A stretch of DNA of 64,000 nucleotides from a virus (IMGVR_UViG_651324052_000001:32603-96602); one strand, 5' to 3'. Positions 9,089-19,999 are shown, numbered from the stretch's first letter. Translations and numbers: made by a program. Notes: generated by a model from the letters alone, not told the origin.

Positions 9089-10129
9089 CTAGAATAAATT
9101 ACAGATTTCAATTTTCTTCTCAGTAATAATTACACTATTAATTACAATCTGTAATTTAAAAAATTTTCCAATATACTTATCATTTGTAGCCTTTAAGCTG
9201 ATCGAGTTTTCTTTAATTGTATTTTCTAATTCCACATCAGAATCAATCTTCCAATTAAAATCGGAATAACTTATCGGAATAGTTTGGTTTTTATCGCTGA
9301 AAAATTTTACATAAAAAGTTTTCGCCCTATTTATCTTTATAGAGTCGTTTCCAATTATATCTGCAAAAATATGTAGTTCTGGTTTATGACCATCATCAGG
9401 TACGACAGGATTATTTATGTCTATATAATCGCAAATTCGTAATTCTTGATTATCAGTTTCTAAATTCAATTCTGTTTTATCAGCAATGAAACTTAAAATA
9501 CTTCCGTGATATTCATCTCCATAATCAAAAAGAATATCATCTGTTCTTGTTAGTTTAAAAACTTTATCAGGATTTGTTTTCCTTTTGTCAATAAACACGC
9601 GCTTACGATCAAGAAGTAAACATTCATCATCTCCTGGAAGTTTTATAGTGTATGTATTTGAAGAAAGTGCGATTGTAAAATTGCCATTTTCTCCAACATC
9701 GTATTTTGAAGCAGAAACTCCGTTGCACCAACGTTCTATAATTTTACCATCAGCATTTTGCCATCTAAGTAAATACTGGCATAAAACCATTGTTGCTTTT
9801 TCATAAATTCCGTTATTACCAGGATATCCGTCAATAAGCCAGTATCTATTTTCAAAAAAGATATACATGCCAGCCTTTACAGTCCCTATTTCAAATAAAA
9901 CCGTTCTTTCAAGTGATTTCAATTGTGTATTTGCGGTGTTGCCCTGTATGATACATCTAATTTGTTTTGGAATGCTTAAATCACTGTTATAAAGGATTAC
10001 AGAAGTAGCGATGTCTGTTTCTAATGCTTCGGCAAATGCATCATCTTTATTTTCCATGAATGCATCATTTTCATAACCGCCTGTCACATTAGGTCGTGTT
10101 TTTGGGTCTAATAAATACCATTCCTGCAT
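9089..10129 (-). CDS. Putative head-closure/neck protein
   Basis: 346 aa, position; GMYIFFENRYWLI motif. Confidence 0.55.
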   Translation of the reverse strand: MQEWYLLDPKTRPNVTGGYENDAFMENKDDAFAEALETDIATSVILYNSDLSIPKQIRCIIQGNTANTQLKSLERTVLFEIGTVKAGMYIFFENRYWLIDGYPGNNGIYEKATMVLCQYLLRWQNADGKIIERWCNGVSASKYDVGENGNFTIALSSNTYTIKLPGDDECLLLDRKRVFIDKRKTNPDKVFKLTRTDDILFDYGDEYHGSILSFIADKTELNLETDNQELRICDYIDINNPVVPDDGHKPELHIFADIIGNDSIKINRAKTFYVKFFSDKNQTIPISYSDFNWKIDSDVELENTIKENSISLKATNDKYIGKFFKLQIVINSVIITEKKIEICNLF

Positions 10130-10138
10130 AAAAATCTC

Positions 10139-10531
10139 CTATACGAAAGCGGTTACTTTCTGATTATTAACCATAGAATTAGCCTTCTCTGCGATATAGT
10201 CAAGTTCTGCTTTTGTTGCAGTTTTAGAACCATTTGAACCGTCAATTCCTAAATCTTTACCAGTAATGCTAATTCGTTTATTTACTTTTGAATATTGTCT
10301 TTCCTGATATGATTGCTTCATAAATTCTGCAAGTGTATCAATCACATATCGGTCAAGCCTTGTATCAAATTGATTAAGTTCTGGATCAAAATTAAGATCA
10401 TTTAATTCTATGGAATATCTTCCAATAGCTTTCTTCAACCATTCCATTTCAAGCGATTCTGGTAACACACTTTTATCAGCGAAGGAGGATTCAAATGATT
10501 GTATCACTTCATTAGCGGTTGTATTACTCAT
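10139..10531 (-). CDS. Putative head-tail adaptor
   Basis: 130 aa helical, downstream of capsid genes. Confidence 0.5.
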   Translation of the reverse strand: MSNTTANEVIQSFESSFADKSVLPESLEMEWLKKAIGRYSIELNDLNFDPELNQFDTRLDRYVIDTLAEFMKQSYQERQYSKVNKRISITGKDLGIDGSNGSKTATKAELDYIAEKANSMVNNQKVTAFV

Positions 10532-10542
10532 TCAAATCACCT

Positions 10543-11028
10543 CTAAATTTTACGTCCAACATAATTTTCAACAACCCTGATTTTTTCAAAATCATTGAAT
10601 TTCTCTTTTTTAATAATTTCAAGAATTGCAATTTCCTCAGCTCTTGTAGCTACTAATTCATGCAATTTGCTTTCAAAAGTCTTCATGGTTTTATATTCAA
10701 ATAACTTTTTAACCGCATCTGTAGTAAGTACAGCCTGCGTCATAGTACCATCTTCACTATCAAAATCAACCTCAACTCTTGTAGGCCTATCATCAACATA
10801 AAGGGTTGCATGCGAACCTCTATCGTCAATGCCTGTCAGTAAACGGTTTCCGTTTTGAATCTGTGCGATAATTTCGCTCCTCTGAAGACGTACGGTTCCA
10901 TTCGGAGGAATTGTTACATCTCCATTAGTCTCAATTCTTTTGAATCCTGTTGTCCAGTTTGCAATACTTTTAATAGTTACTTTTTGTTCAAGATTTAATT
11001 CTTCTACAGCATTTTTTTCTTCAGCCAT
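10543..11028 (-). CDS. Phage structural-region hypothetical protein
   Basis: 161 aa with GGAGG SD. Confidence 0.6.
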   Translation of the reverse strand: MAEEKNAVEELNLEQKVTIKSIANWTTGFKRIETNGDVTIPPNGTVRLQRSEIIAQIQNGNRLLTGIDDRGSHATLYVDDRPTRVEVDFDSEDGTMTQAVLTTDAVKKLFEYKTMKTFESKLHELVATRAEEIAILEIIKKEKFNDFEKIRVVENYVGRKI

Positions 11029-11073
11029 TTTATTTCCTCCATAACAATTATTGTATTTTTATCGACTAATTAT

Positions 11074-11253
11074 TTAAACGGCATGGATAACAGTTTTATA
11101 TAATGCAATTACTTTATCTAGCCGTTCTGACTTTTTAAATGTGTGATATGGCATACCATTTTTCTTGTTTACAGATTTTGAGACATAAGGAATGTCATAT
11201 GCCATAATAAAGTGTGATAACTTTTTCGAATAACAATAGAAATATTCATTCAT
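11074..11253 (-). CDS. Small DUF5659-like protein (copy 2; below ORF-track cutoff)
   Basis: MNEYFYCYSKKLSHFIMAYDIPY...YHTFKKSERLDKVI, 59 aa, SD AGGGAG. Confidence 0.6.
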   Translation of the reverse strand: MNEYFYCYSKKLSHFIMAYDIPYVSKSVNKKNGMPYHTFKKSERLDKVIALYKTVIHAV

Positions 11254-11336
11254 ATTATTGTTTTCTCCCTTAAACTAAAATAAGATAGTTTCCACATTTG
11301 TAATAATGTAGAAACCATCTTATAATTTACTCAGAA

Positions 11337-12437
11337 TTATTTTCCAAGAGAATCAAGATTTTGATCGTGCAACATTCCTACCTGATATTCTCTTCCAGGA
11401 GCTACAATGGCTCCAACTTCAAGATCAAATCTGGAGAGTTGCACACCAGTTGTAACATCATTTCCAGAAAATGAAGTCAGCCCTCCTCTTGTTACTGTGT
11501 AAATAGGAGACTGTCCTCCCTGTGGCATTACAAATCCAAGCCCTGCCGGTAACAGTGTATCAAAGTTTGTACCATCTTTGTTCAGTGTTGTTAAGTCATA
11601 TGGATTTGGAATTTCTGCAAGAGTAGCACCGTTGTATACACCCATCAGTCCTGTGTTATGAATTTCATCCATAATTGTACGAGAGATTCCATTTACAGTC
11701 GGTGTAGTTCCCTCATATCCAGCAAATCCATTGAACTGTGCAATCAGAGCATAATCTCCAGATACAGTTGGCTTACCAAAACGTCTAACATTTGCAATAA
11801 CACCATCTACACCTGTCTTTGTAAGACCAGCTCCCTCAAAGAAGTATTTTACGCCTTTTGCATTTTTAATTGCATTGTAAACAGTATCTACTACATATTT
11901 AGCAGCTTTATTTCTAATCTCAGTACGAACCTGTTCCTGAAGCTCGTTCTCGTCACTCATATCCCCAAGTGCCGCTTTTCTGTAATCAACTGCATAACCA
12001 CCAGAAATAGTAGTTGTTGCAATTGGAACACGTCTCTTTCTGATTGTTGGGAATTTTACATCCTGTCCAGCAGCCTGAATTTCAGCACCAGTATTTACAT
12101 ACTCTGTGATCTCTACTTCACAAGACTCATTGTATCCAATCGGTTTGTAGTTTCCATAAATTCCAAGCAGCTTAATTTCCTGCATAAGAACTGGCTGCAT
12201 TTTAAAACGTCTCAGTTCGTTGATTTCAGAAATAGCAACTGGATCATTTGTTGCAGCCCTACTATTTAATTCTTTAATATATTTTGCAGCAGCGTCGCCT
12301 CTTTTGCCAAATTTAGACAACTCTTTCCCATCTGTCATAGCAGAGAATACTTCTACAACTGGAGAACTAGCATTAATTTTCCCACTTACAAAAGAAGCAT
12401 CTCTACGTTCGTTGTTTAACTCAAATGTATAACTCAT
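11337..12437 (-). CDS. Major capsid protein
   Basis: 366 aa from MSYTFELNN; follows scaffold/decoration genes; HK97-like size. Confidence 0.8.
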   Translation of the reverse strand: MSYTFELNNERRDASFVSGKINASSPVVEVFSAMTDGKELSKFGKRGDAAAKYIKELNSRAATNDPVAISEINELRRFKMQPVLMQEIKLLGIYGNYKPIGYNESCEVEITEYVNTGAEIQAAGQDVKFPTIRKRRVPIATTTISGGYAVDYRKAALGDMSDENELQEQVRTEIRNKAAKYVVDTVYNAIKNAKGVKYFFEGAGLTKTGVDGVIANVRRFGKPTVSGDYALIAQFNGFAGYEGTTPTVNGISRTIMDEIHNTGLMGVYNGATLAEIPNPYDLTTLNKDGTNFDTLLPAGLGFVMPQGGQSPIYTVTRGGLTSFSGNDVTTGVQLSRFDLEVGAIVAPGREYQVGMLHDQNLDSLGK

Positions 12438-12458
12438 ATGTATTTTATCTCCCTTCAA

Positions 12459-12878
12459 TTAACCTTGTTTTGTAACAACTTTGGCAACAAGACCAATTTT
12501 GTTTCCAATAATCTCAGTTACTTCAAAATAAGGAGCCTGACTAGCACCTGTAATTAATTTTCCTGTTGCATCAGATTTCAGTTTATTTCCCTTCGCAAAA
12601 GTTGCTGGTAACTGAGCGCCATATACTTCGATTTCCTGTCCTTCAAGTTTTTCAAAATCTACAACTCTTACATGAGATCCGGCAGGGATTTTATATTCTG
12701 GCATTCCCATATCATCCCCAACTTCAACCTGCATAATTGCCTGTTTTGCATCTGCCTTTGGTGCAAATTTTCCTGTTGTAACTGAACCAAAATCGCCATT
12801 TAGAGCATCTTTATCAATGGTTGCATCTACAAAAGGGTATAATTTCTCGATCTGTGAGATTCTTCTAAATTTAATCAT
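12459..12878 (-). CDS. Capsid decoration/hypothetical protein
   Basis: 139 aa between scaffold and MCP. Confidence 0.5.
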   Translation of the reverse strand: MIKFRRISQIEKLYPFVDATIDKDALNGDFGSVTTGKFAPKADAKQAIMQVEVGDDMGMPEYKIPAGSHVRVVDFEKLEGQEIEVYGAQLPATFAKGNKLKSDATGKLITGASQAPYFEVTEIIGNKIGLVAKVVTKQG

Positions 12879-12892
12879 TTAGTTTGTCCTCC

Positions 12893-14104
12893 TTAAAAAA
12901 TATTTACTTCTTCATCGTCGTCGACATATTTCTCGCTACATACTTCTGAGAAAATATCTTCGATTTTTACTTCTTCTGAATTCTGCTCAGAAATACGAGC
13001 TTCAGATTCTGCCTGTTTCTGTTTTGCAACAATTTCCATGCAGATTTTAGATTTAATAGAATTGATTTCAGATGTGACATTATTTAATTCTTCTTTTTTC
13101 TGACATGCGTTGATATTCTTTTTCAGTTCTTCAATATCTTCTTTTGCAATTTCTTTTTCTTCAGCATTAAATTCTGAAAGAGAATTATCTAATTCAGCAA
13201 GCTTTTCAGCTACTTTAGCCTTTGCAATTTCTCTTTCTAAAAGCTCTCTTTCAGCCCAATATGTATCTCTATCGGATTCCATTTGTTTTAATGTTGCCTG
13301 AAGCTGTTCGACAGACACATTAAGTTCTGAAATTGTATTGTCTTTTGTTTCAATCTGTGAACTCAGATCTGCAATCTTATTATTCAATTCAGAAACTTCT
13401 TCATCATGTGATTTTTTTTCACTATTAATCTCTGTAAGAGTAGATTTGAGAATTTCCTCAAATTCTTTCTTATTGAATTCCATGTTTTTATTTTCCTCCT
13501 TATTAAAGTTGTTTAGCTCGCATAATTTTGACGATGTATCAGCTGCAAACATAACCATATCCCAGCCGGAGTGTATATAATTTACGGGTATACGCCCTTT
13601 TTCTAACCATCCTTTTTTATAAACAATTCCATCACTGTCTTTTGGTTTATAAATTTCAATACTTCCATCGATAGAAACACCGTTATTTAAATCTTCTTCT
13701 AATGATGAAACAAATTCCGGATAACACATTTCATCTAAATAGCCTTCTCCAAATACACAGCGTTTCTTTTCTCCATCAATTTCAATGTCGTCAATCCAAC
13801 CTTTTGTAAAATGCCCAACAGTTGTTGCATTTTCAAATACAGGCATATCATTTATAATTCCGGTTTCTCCATGATCTGAAATTATCGTTCTGTCATCATC
13901 GACAAAAGCAACCCTAACAGACATATCTTTAATGCTGTCGAGTTGCTTTTCTGCATATTCCTCTAAAAACGTTATTCCATTTTTGTTATATTTAGTTCCT
14001 ACATCATCAATTACACATTCAGGAGGTTGTAATTCATATAAAGTAGCAATAAATTTTCTTCGTCCTGTTTTATATTTTTTCGACGAAATTTCAAAAGTAG
14101 CCAT
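12893..14104 (-). CDS. Prohead protease/scaffold protein
   Basis: Globular N-terminus plus long acidic coiled-coil C-terminus, between portal and MCP. Confidence 0.65.
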   Translation of the reverse strand: MATFEISSKKYKTGRRKFIATLYELQPPECVIDDVGTKYNKNGITFLEEYAEKQLDSIKDMSVRVAFVDDDRTIISDHGETGIINDMPVFENATTVGHFTKGWIDDIEIDGEKKRCVFGEGYLDEMCYPEFVSSLEEDLNNGVSIDGSIEIYKPKDSDGIVYKKGWLEKGRIPVNYIHSGWDMVMFAADTSSKLCELNNFNKEENKNMEFNKKEFEEILKSTLTEINSEKKSHDEEVSELNNKIADLSSQIETKDNTISELNVSVEQLQATLKQMESDRDTYWAERELLEREIAKAKVAEKLAELDNSLSEFNAEEKEIAKEDIEELKKNINACQKKEELNNVTSEINSIKSKICMEIVAKQKQAESEARISEQNSEEVKIEDIFSEVCSEKYVDDDEEVNIF

Positions 14105-14107
14105 AAA

Positions 14108-14311
14108 TTACCTCCTAAGTTTTATATAAAAAAGTGATCTGTTTTTAGCAGACCACTCATTTAACAACATATTTAACTTTTCATTTTTTAGATAAACCCA
14201 AAATAATTTTTTGCTATTTGGATTTAATACTGCTAATTTATATCTCAATCCATTTTCATAGAGAAAATTACGAAGGGAAAGAGAGTAGCAACAATATAAT
14301 TCTGTACCCAT
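14108..14311 (-). CDS. Small DUF5659-like protein (copy 3)
   Basis: MGTELYCCYSLSLRNFLYENGLRY...FWVYLKNEKL. Confidence 0.6.
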   Translation of the reverse strand: MGTELYCCYSLSLRNFLYENGLRYKLAVLNPNSKKLFWVYLKNEKLNMLLNEWSAKNRSLFYIKLRR

Positions 14312-14315
14312 ATAA

Positions 14316-15923
14316 CTATTTATTATCGCTTGGACTAGGAATATTATTTCCATCATTATTCCTACTTTTTATTGTATTCTCTGTTGGGTTATCTGTTTTA
14401 GGTCTTCCAGCAACCTCATCATCTTTTGAAATAGTGTTACTATTAAGATGCGGCAAATACTTCTCGTATATTTTATTTTCTATTTCTTCATCTAAAACCG
14501 AGAAATATGCATCGGGATCTACACCTGTACTAGCGACAAGAAAACTTAACGATCCTCCAACATCGTATAGCCCCTTCATCATATCAAAGAAATTCTTTCT
14601 ATTTACAAATGAAGTAGGAAAGTAGTAGACCTCGATTCTATTTTTATCATTTTGAATTATATTCTTATTAATTACATAATTCAATTCATTCTGCCACTCG
14701 TTCACCCATGTATATAATTGAGCAGTAATCATCTCTAAATTACTTTGTGATGCCCCATAGTTACCAGTAGTCATTGCACCAATAAGAGCTGAAGAAATAC
14801 CTAGGTCAAGAGAAATCTGATTGTTCAAATCAGACTCATTTTTACTATCAAAAATATCTGTAGGTACATCAATAGAATCAAGTTTTGTTCCGGCGGCAAC
14901 ACTGAAGAATGAAAGACCACCACGAGAATTTTTGTTCATAACTGCTTGACGCACAGTTGCATGCTGTTGTTCTTGTTGCTTTACAGTGAGAGCACAAGAA
15001 CCTTTATCTTTTCCTTCGGGAAATGTCTGATAAATAATTTTGTTATTAATCTCATCCAATACATTCCTCTTTGTATCGGTGAAATAATCCTTATATAATA
15101 CATCAGCTAAAGCAGCGATAATTAAACTTCTTCCCCAAGGTTCAGAATCTTTACATTTAATTTTCCTACACATTGTATGATCGTTATCGAGTACAACCCA
15201 ATCTCCACCGGTAATTCTAGTATTACGGCTGTTATATGCTTTTACAATTTCTTCTGGATACTTTCTTAGTTTTCGATCAAGTTTTTCTCCAGTATAATCA
15301 TCAAAATATCTAAGATTAAACGCAAGTACATATCGACCATTTTTCTTACCAACTATTTTTGTGTATTTCCATGGTAGCGAAATAATTGAAGCATTAATTC
15401 CAGCTTCGTTTATTTCTACAATATTTTCAACATCGTAGTCTGTCATAAATTTAGTCTTATCAAAAGTTCTCTTTTTTGTCTCAAAATAGAAAAATCCGAT
15501 TCCATCCAGCATATCTGTAAATAATGCATTTCTGATAAATTGTTTGTCGTCTATTTTTTCTAATACTGATTTCATCAATGCTTTATTTGCTTGAGCTGTC
15601 TTTTTATTTCGTTTATTCTTACTTATTAAAATACGGTCAAGACACGGGAGAGCAGTCATGTAATCTATTGAATTAGATACGATACCGTTCTTCGTGTAAA
15701 CAAAGTTCGATAATCGAATCGCTGTTTCATGATTGCCGATTGGATCACGAAAGATTGATTCGATTTCTTCTTTTGTAAAATAATCATAAACGCCACAAGA
15801 GAATAAACTATCAATTAATTCTACGGGCGACACATAACTATTATACTCATATATATTATTAGTAGGAGAGGACTCATTTTGACTCTCTACCGATTGTTCT
15901 TTATTAATATCTGACATGTCCAT
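14316..15923 (-). CDS. Portal protein
   Basis: 535 aa directly after terminase; AGGAG SD. Confidence 0.8.
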   Translation of the reverse strand: MDMSDINKEQSVESQNESSPTNNIYEYNSYVSPVELIDSLFSCGVYDYFTKEEIESIFRDPIGNHETAIRLSNFVYTKNGIVSNSIDYMTALPCLDRILISKNKRNKKTAQANKALMKSVLEKIDDKQFIRNALFTDMLDGIGFFYFETKKRTFDKTKFMTDYDVENIVEINEAGINASIISLPWKYTKIVGKKNGRYVLAFNLRYFDDYTGEKLDRKLRKYPEEIVKAYNSRNTRITGGDWVVLDNDHTMCRKIKCKDSEPWGRSLIIAALADVLYKDYFTDTKRNVLDEINNKIIYQTFPEGKDKGSCALTVKQQEQQHATVRQAVMNKNSRGGLSFFSVAAGTKLDSIDVPTDIFDSKNESDLNNQISLDLGISSALIGAMTTGNYGASQSNLEMITAQLYTWVNEWQNELNYVINKNIIQNDKNRIEVYYFPTSFVNRKNFFDMMKGLYDVGGSLSFLVASTGVDPDAYFSVLDEEIENKIYEKYLPHLNSNTISKDDEVAGRPKTDNPTENTIKSRNNDGNNIPSPSDNK

Positions 15924-15933
15924 CTCCTTTCTA

Positions 15934-16458
15934 TTAATTTATTAGACACATAAATTCGTAATCTGAATCTGTTGCAAGTAAATCAAGTTCTAATTGGTCA
16001 AAGAAATATGATCCGTAGCTACAAGAGGTATATCTGTCTTTGCAATTAGAGCCTTGCTCATATATTTTAACAATTCCTGTCTGTGGCGATTTTTCGTATA
16101 GTAATTCAGCACATTCACTGATCATTGCTTGAGTTTCAAGAAATGGTCGCTCAAATTCAAACTGAACATTTAAATCAGTTTCATTTTTATAGTCATCATT
16201 TTCAGATAGTATTTCTTCCATTGCTGTATTGAGATTTACAAGCAATTCTGTTCTATGTTCCATTAAAGAGCGCCTAAAACTATATGCGATATCGCTGTTT
16301 AGCTTTTGCGTAGCATTAATCGCATATATAACTGCCGGCGCGTTTGGATTTTTAACAACATCAGCATATGTATCGTTGTTCATGCATTTTAATGGAGAAT
16401 ATTCCTTTCCACGATTTTCATCATATAATGTTTTACCAAGCGAATATAAAACTTGTGT
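15934..16458 (-). CDS. terL: Terminase large subunit, exon 2
   Basis: TQVLYSLGK...KDRYTSCSYG nuclease end; in frame with exon 1 after splicing. Confidence 0.85.
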   Translation of the reverse strand, partial: TQVLYSLGKTLYDENRGKEYSPLKCMNNDTYADVVKNPNAPAVIYAINATQKLNSDIAYSFRRSLMEHRTELLVNLNTAMEEILSENDDYKNETDLNVQFEFERPFLETQAMISECAELLYEKSPQTGIVKIYEQGSNCKDRYTSCSYGSYFFDQLELDLLATDSDYEFMCLIN

Positions 16459-17688
16459 CAATTTTTGTTATCTTATAAGCTTTTTATCTTATAATTCTAA
16501 TAATTTTTATTCTTATTAGTTCAGCATACCTTTTTACCATGATTTAAAATAAAAGCATCTAATTGTTCTTTGGTAGTGTTTCTATATCCATATAAACTAT
16601 GAAACTTCCGGTGGCATTCATCGCATAAACAAATCCCATTATCTACTTCATAGCGTAAATCTTCATTATCAGCGAAATTAAAAATATGGTGGACATTAAA
16701 TTTTATTCGTTTCCCTAATCCGTTTTTAATGCCACAACATTGACAAACATAATTATCTCTTTTCAAAACTGAATCATGCCAATCCTTATATTGATAAGTT
16801 GATCTAAACAAACCATTTCGTAAAGCCCCACCTTTCCAACATGGACTTAGTTCTCCTTTTTGATGGGCGATATTTAAACTCGGACTATATTGTTGTCCAT
16901 ATTTATTCATCCATAACGTTCTAAAATATTTTTTCATTTCATCCGTTTGCATAATCGATTTACAGCCATATTTTCTATTATGTGCTTGCTTAATTTTCTC
17001 CTTAACTGATTCAGATTTTGCAGGATTATCGCAACCATATTTTTTTAGATTGGTTTCTTTCATTTTATTTTTAACTTCATCTAATTGAAAAACATTTTCG
17101 CAACCATACACAATTTTGTTTGATTCTATTGCCTTTTTCGTTTTGCATTTGTCACAAGCGTCTTTGTGTATTGTTCCTTTTATATTTTCGGTATAATATC
17201 TTCGCCATGGTTTAAAAAATACAGTGTCGTTGCAGTAATCACACTTTATTTTAACCATAGCAGTACTACTATTGGTTAAATCATTTACATTAACAATAAA
17301 TTCATCACCCATTTTTGTATATTTATATCCCAAATCTACATAATGTTTTTTGATTTTAGAATTCCATTTTAATGTAACATCTTTGCTTAATAACATCTTA
17401 AGTTCCCTCCTATTAAATATTGTTAATAAAAATGGAGGCGTTGTAGCATAACGTCTCCTTAATATAAGAGGGGTTGATAATTATTCAACAATTCTCTTTC
17501 ATTTTAAATTTTAGGTAGAGCGAACTCGTGGAAAGATTATATTCTTTAATATTAAAGGTTCACTTCCTATGCGTTGCATGTGACTGTGCTTTTAAACACA
17601 GCCTTCCATTCGGATTGTCATTTCAGATTCCCCGATTTCTTTCGCTCTTTATTACTTCTATATTTCTATAGAAGAGGGCAACAAGTTT
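16459..17688 (-). ncRNA. Group I intron (1230 nt) in terL
   Basis: P1: exon GGGGGU pairs with IGS GCCCUC (U.G); P10: AAACUUGU with exon ACAAGUUU; P/Q-like AAAUCGGGGAA and AAUCCGAAUGGAAG; P7 GCAUA/UAUGC; terminal G at 16459. Confidence 0.9.
16521..17396 (-). CDS. Intron-encoded HNH homing endonuclease
   Basis: CQCCG...VHHI...DNGICLCDECHRKFH; N-terminal Zn-finger/DNA-binding repeats; stop codon overlaps the intron P7' strand. Confidence 0.9.
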   Translation of the reverse strand: MLLSKDVTLKWNSKIKKHYVDLGYKYTKMGDEFIVNVNDLTNSSTAMVKIKCDYCNDTVFFKPWRRYYTENIKGTIHKDACDKCKTKKAIESNKIVYGCENVFQLDEVKNKMKETNLKKYGCDNPAKSESVKEKIKQAHNRKYGCKSIMQTDEMKKYFRTLWMNKYGQQYSPSLNIAHQKGELSPCWKGGALRNGLFRSTYQYKDWHDSVLKRDNYVCQCCGIKNGLGKRIKFNVHHIFNFADNEDLRYEVDNGICLCDECHRKFHSLYGYRNTTKEQLDAFILNHGKKVC

Positions 17689-18972
17689 ACCCCCGTTTCG
17701 ACAGTCAAGTACAATATAATCTGCATCATAATCTTCATATAATTGTCTGATTCGTATTGCCTGTTTTGTCGTGTCTCCAATTTGATTTGATTCAATATAT
17801 GAGTATTGCCGTTTATATCCTTGCTTTACTTCCACTTCTGAATCATCTGTTTCATATCTCAATGTTTCAGGAATTCCGCGAATGCAAGAATATATCGAGT
17901 TATCATTTTTCTTGCCTTCTACGAAAGCAATATCACAAGAAATAACACGTATTTCCCCTTCCTGTTTTGAAGCAAAATGTTTTGTTTTCTTATTAAATTT
18001 TACGTCTCTATGGTTTCTTGGGTAGAATACTTGATGTAATGTCTGAGCATCACTAAGCATTGAATAAGTAAAGAAAGCAGAAGCATTATTTCTGACTCTA
18101 AGATTTAAGAACTCGATTTGCCATGTGATAGGATCTTGTTTCTTCTTTTCTTGCTGCATTTGTCTTTGGGTACGAATATTATGTTTTAGTGTAATACTTT
18201 CATCAAATGCAAGCATTACGGAAGGTCTATCATTTAACATATCTGTATATGCCTGATCTACTAAGTTCCACATCCAATGACCATCATCCAGCCATGAACT
18301 TGAGATGTAAATATCTTTTGGATCTTCTTTTAAACACTCAATTCCTTCATAAAACGGATCAATCATAAATGGAGCTTGTCTTATTGTCTGGAATGGAGAG
18401 ATGACACTATCGTCAATATTTTTATCAATTTGACGAAACTCTTCTCGTACAGCATCTGTACTACGAAGTCCACGAGCAAATTCATTTGCTGTAAACACCT
18501 TAATTGTAGAACCATTTCTAAAATACACTATAGATTCATTCGCACTATCTTTTATATCCTTTATCTCTCTTCTTAATGCAGGAGACATATTCATAAGCTC
18601 ATTTTTTATCTTTTCGGATATAATAAGTTTACTCTGTCCGCGCGTTGCAGAGCCAAGTACGATTTTTGAACCAGGCTTGATTATTGCTTTACAACAAGCA
18701 TAAAGTGCAATGATAAAAGATTTTGATGCGGCACGACACGCAACAATACATACAAGTTGCGAGATTCCCATTAAATACAAAATAAGTTGCTGATATAAAT
18801 GTAGACGAATACCAAGATAATCAATAGCTAGTCTATGTAAATTTCTAGCGAAAAAAGTAGACCAAAGAAACGTATTATGAACGTTTTGAGGATTGCTTAA
18901 GAAATGACTTGCAGGGAATTTTTTATAAAGATTTAGTTGCCGTTCGTCTGCATATTGCTTATTCATCAACAT
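17689..18972 (-). CDS. terL: Terminase large subunit, exon 1
   Basis: CRAASKS Walker A variant, VREEFRQI Walker B, SCDIA and IVLDCRNGG nuclease motifs; 428 codons, spliced product 602 aa. Confidence 0.88.
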
Positions 18973-19975
18973 CGTCCTCGTCTTTTACAAAATATTCCGG
19001 ATCCCTATCTGTTGTTCCCGACATGAGATTTCTAAGAGGTCTTTTAACAAATCTATCAAAATAATCTCCAATTTTATCAAAGTCCTTATACAATTCCTTG
19101 TCTTTATAATATTCTTCCGGAGTATATTGAGAGATGGTGGCGAGAGTTACTCCGAGAGGTTCATTTGCACTATTATCTGTTTCTTGAATTGCAGATAGTC
19201 CGGCTTTTGTAAAAGTCTTGCTATATTGATCTGTTAATTTGATATATTTATCAGAATCTCCATTGCGTAATGCTCTTAAAGCCAACATATTAATGTTACA
19301 CAAAGACTTGATGAAAATTTCCTGATTATTATCACAGTTAGGATTATTTTTCTTCAACATTCGATAATGTTCATCTAAATTTTTATAATCTACTTCAGAT
19401 CCTAATCCGGCTCCCCATCTATCAACGGAAGCAGCGCTAAGCGAAAGTTCCTGCTCTTTTATTTGCTCTTTAGATGTAATGACCTTATTTTGATCATTTG
19501 TATACTCGTGCTTTAATGAATCAAGATAGGTTTTTCTTCCGTCACAATTTATATTTTTCTTTGCTGCATAATGGCTAATCCTACTACGATTTCTGTGACC
19601 ACTGTATGTCTCCATAGAAGCAACCAATGCATTTTCGTCATAATTCCAACCTGCTCTTTGACAAAAATCTCTCATTGCAAGTTCTTCGTTATAAGAAAAA
19701 ACGGCGGTCATTTGAGCAACATAATTATCTGTACAGTTTTTGCACCACGGTAAATATCCATTGTTTGCCTGAAATAACACATCATTGCTTTTTTGAAAGT
19801 TTCTGTCTTGTGATGTAAATCCGCCTCCGCAGCAAGAACATTTATACTTATGTTTTTTTGGATCAAAAGGTTCGATTGATCTTGGAATATTAACATCTAC
19901 GTTTATGTCTAGTAATGGTTTGGAATCCATATTTTCGATGATTTTATCTCTTTTCGATTTTCCCACAGTAATCAC
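18959..19975 (-). CDS. Zn-finger protein upstream of terL (terminase small subunit candidate)
   Basis: CSCC...WCKNC; overlaps the terL start. Confidence 0.5.
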   Translation of the reverse strand: MITVGKSKRDKIIENMDSKPLLDINVDVNIPRSIEPFDPKKHKYKCSCCGGGFTSQDRNFQKSNDVLFQANNGYLPWCKNCTDNYVAQMTAVFSYNEELAMRDFCQRAGWNYDENALVASMETYSGHRNRSRISHYAAKKNINCDGRKTYLDSLKHEYTNDQNKVITSKEQIKEQELSLSAASVDRWGAGLGSEVDYKNLDEHYRMLKKNNPNCDNNQEIFIKSLCNINMLALRALRNGDSDKYIKLTDQYSKTFTKAGLSAIQETDNSANEPLGVTLATISQYTPEEYYKDKELYKDFDKIGDYFDRFVKRPLRNLMSGTTDRDPEYFVKDEDDVDE

Positions 19976-19999
19976 CTCTTCTCAACTATTATTCTTCAA

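Noticed and set aside
11658-12269. 203-aa plus-strand ORF (and similar antisense ORFs at 14218, 3661, 27706, 56353)
   Set aside because: Shadow frames opposite real genes or RNAs; no SD and atypical composition.
17623-17688. terL C-terminus KLVALFYRNIEVIKSERNRGI from the ORF track
   Set aside because: This is read-through into intron sequence (P1/IGS).
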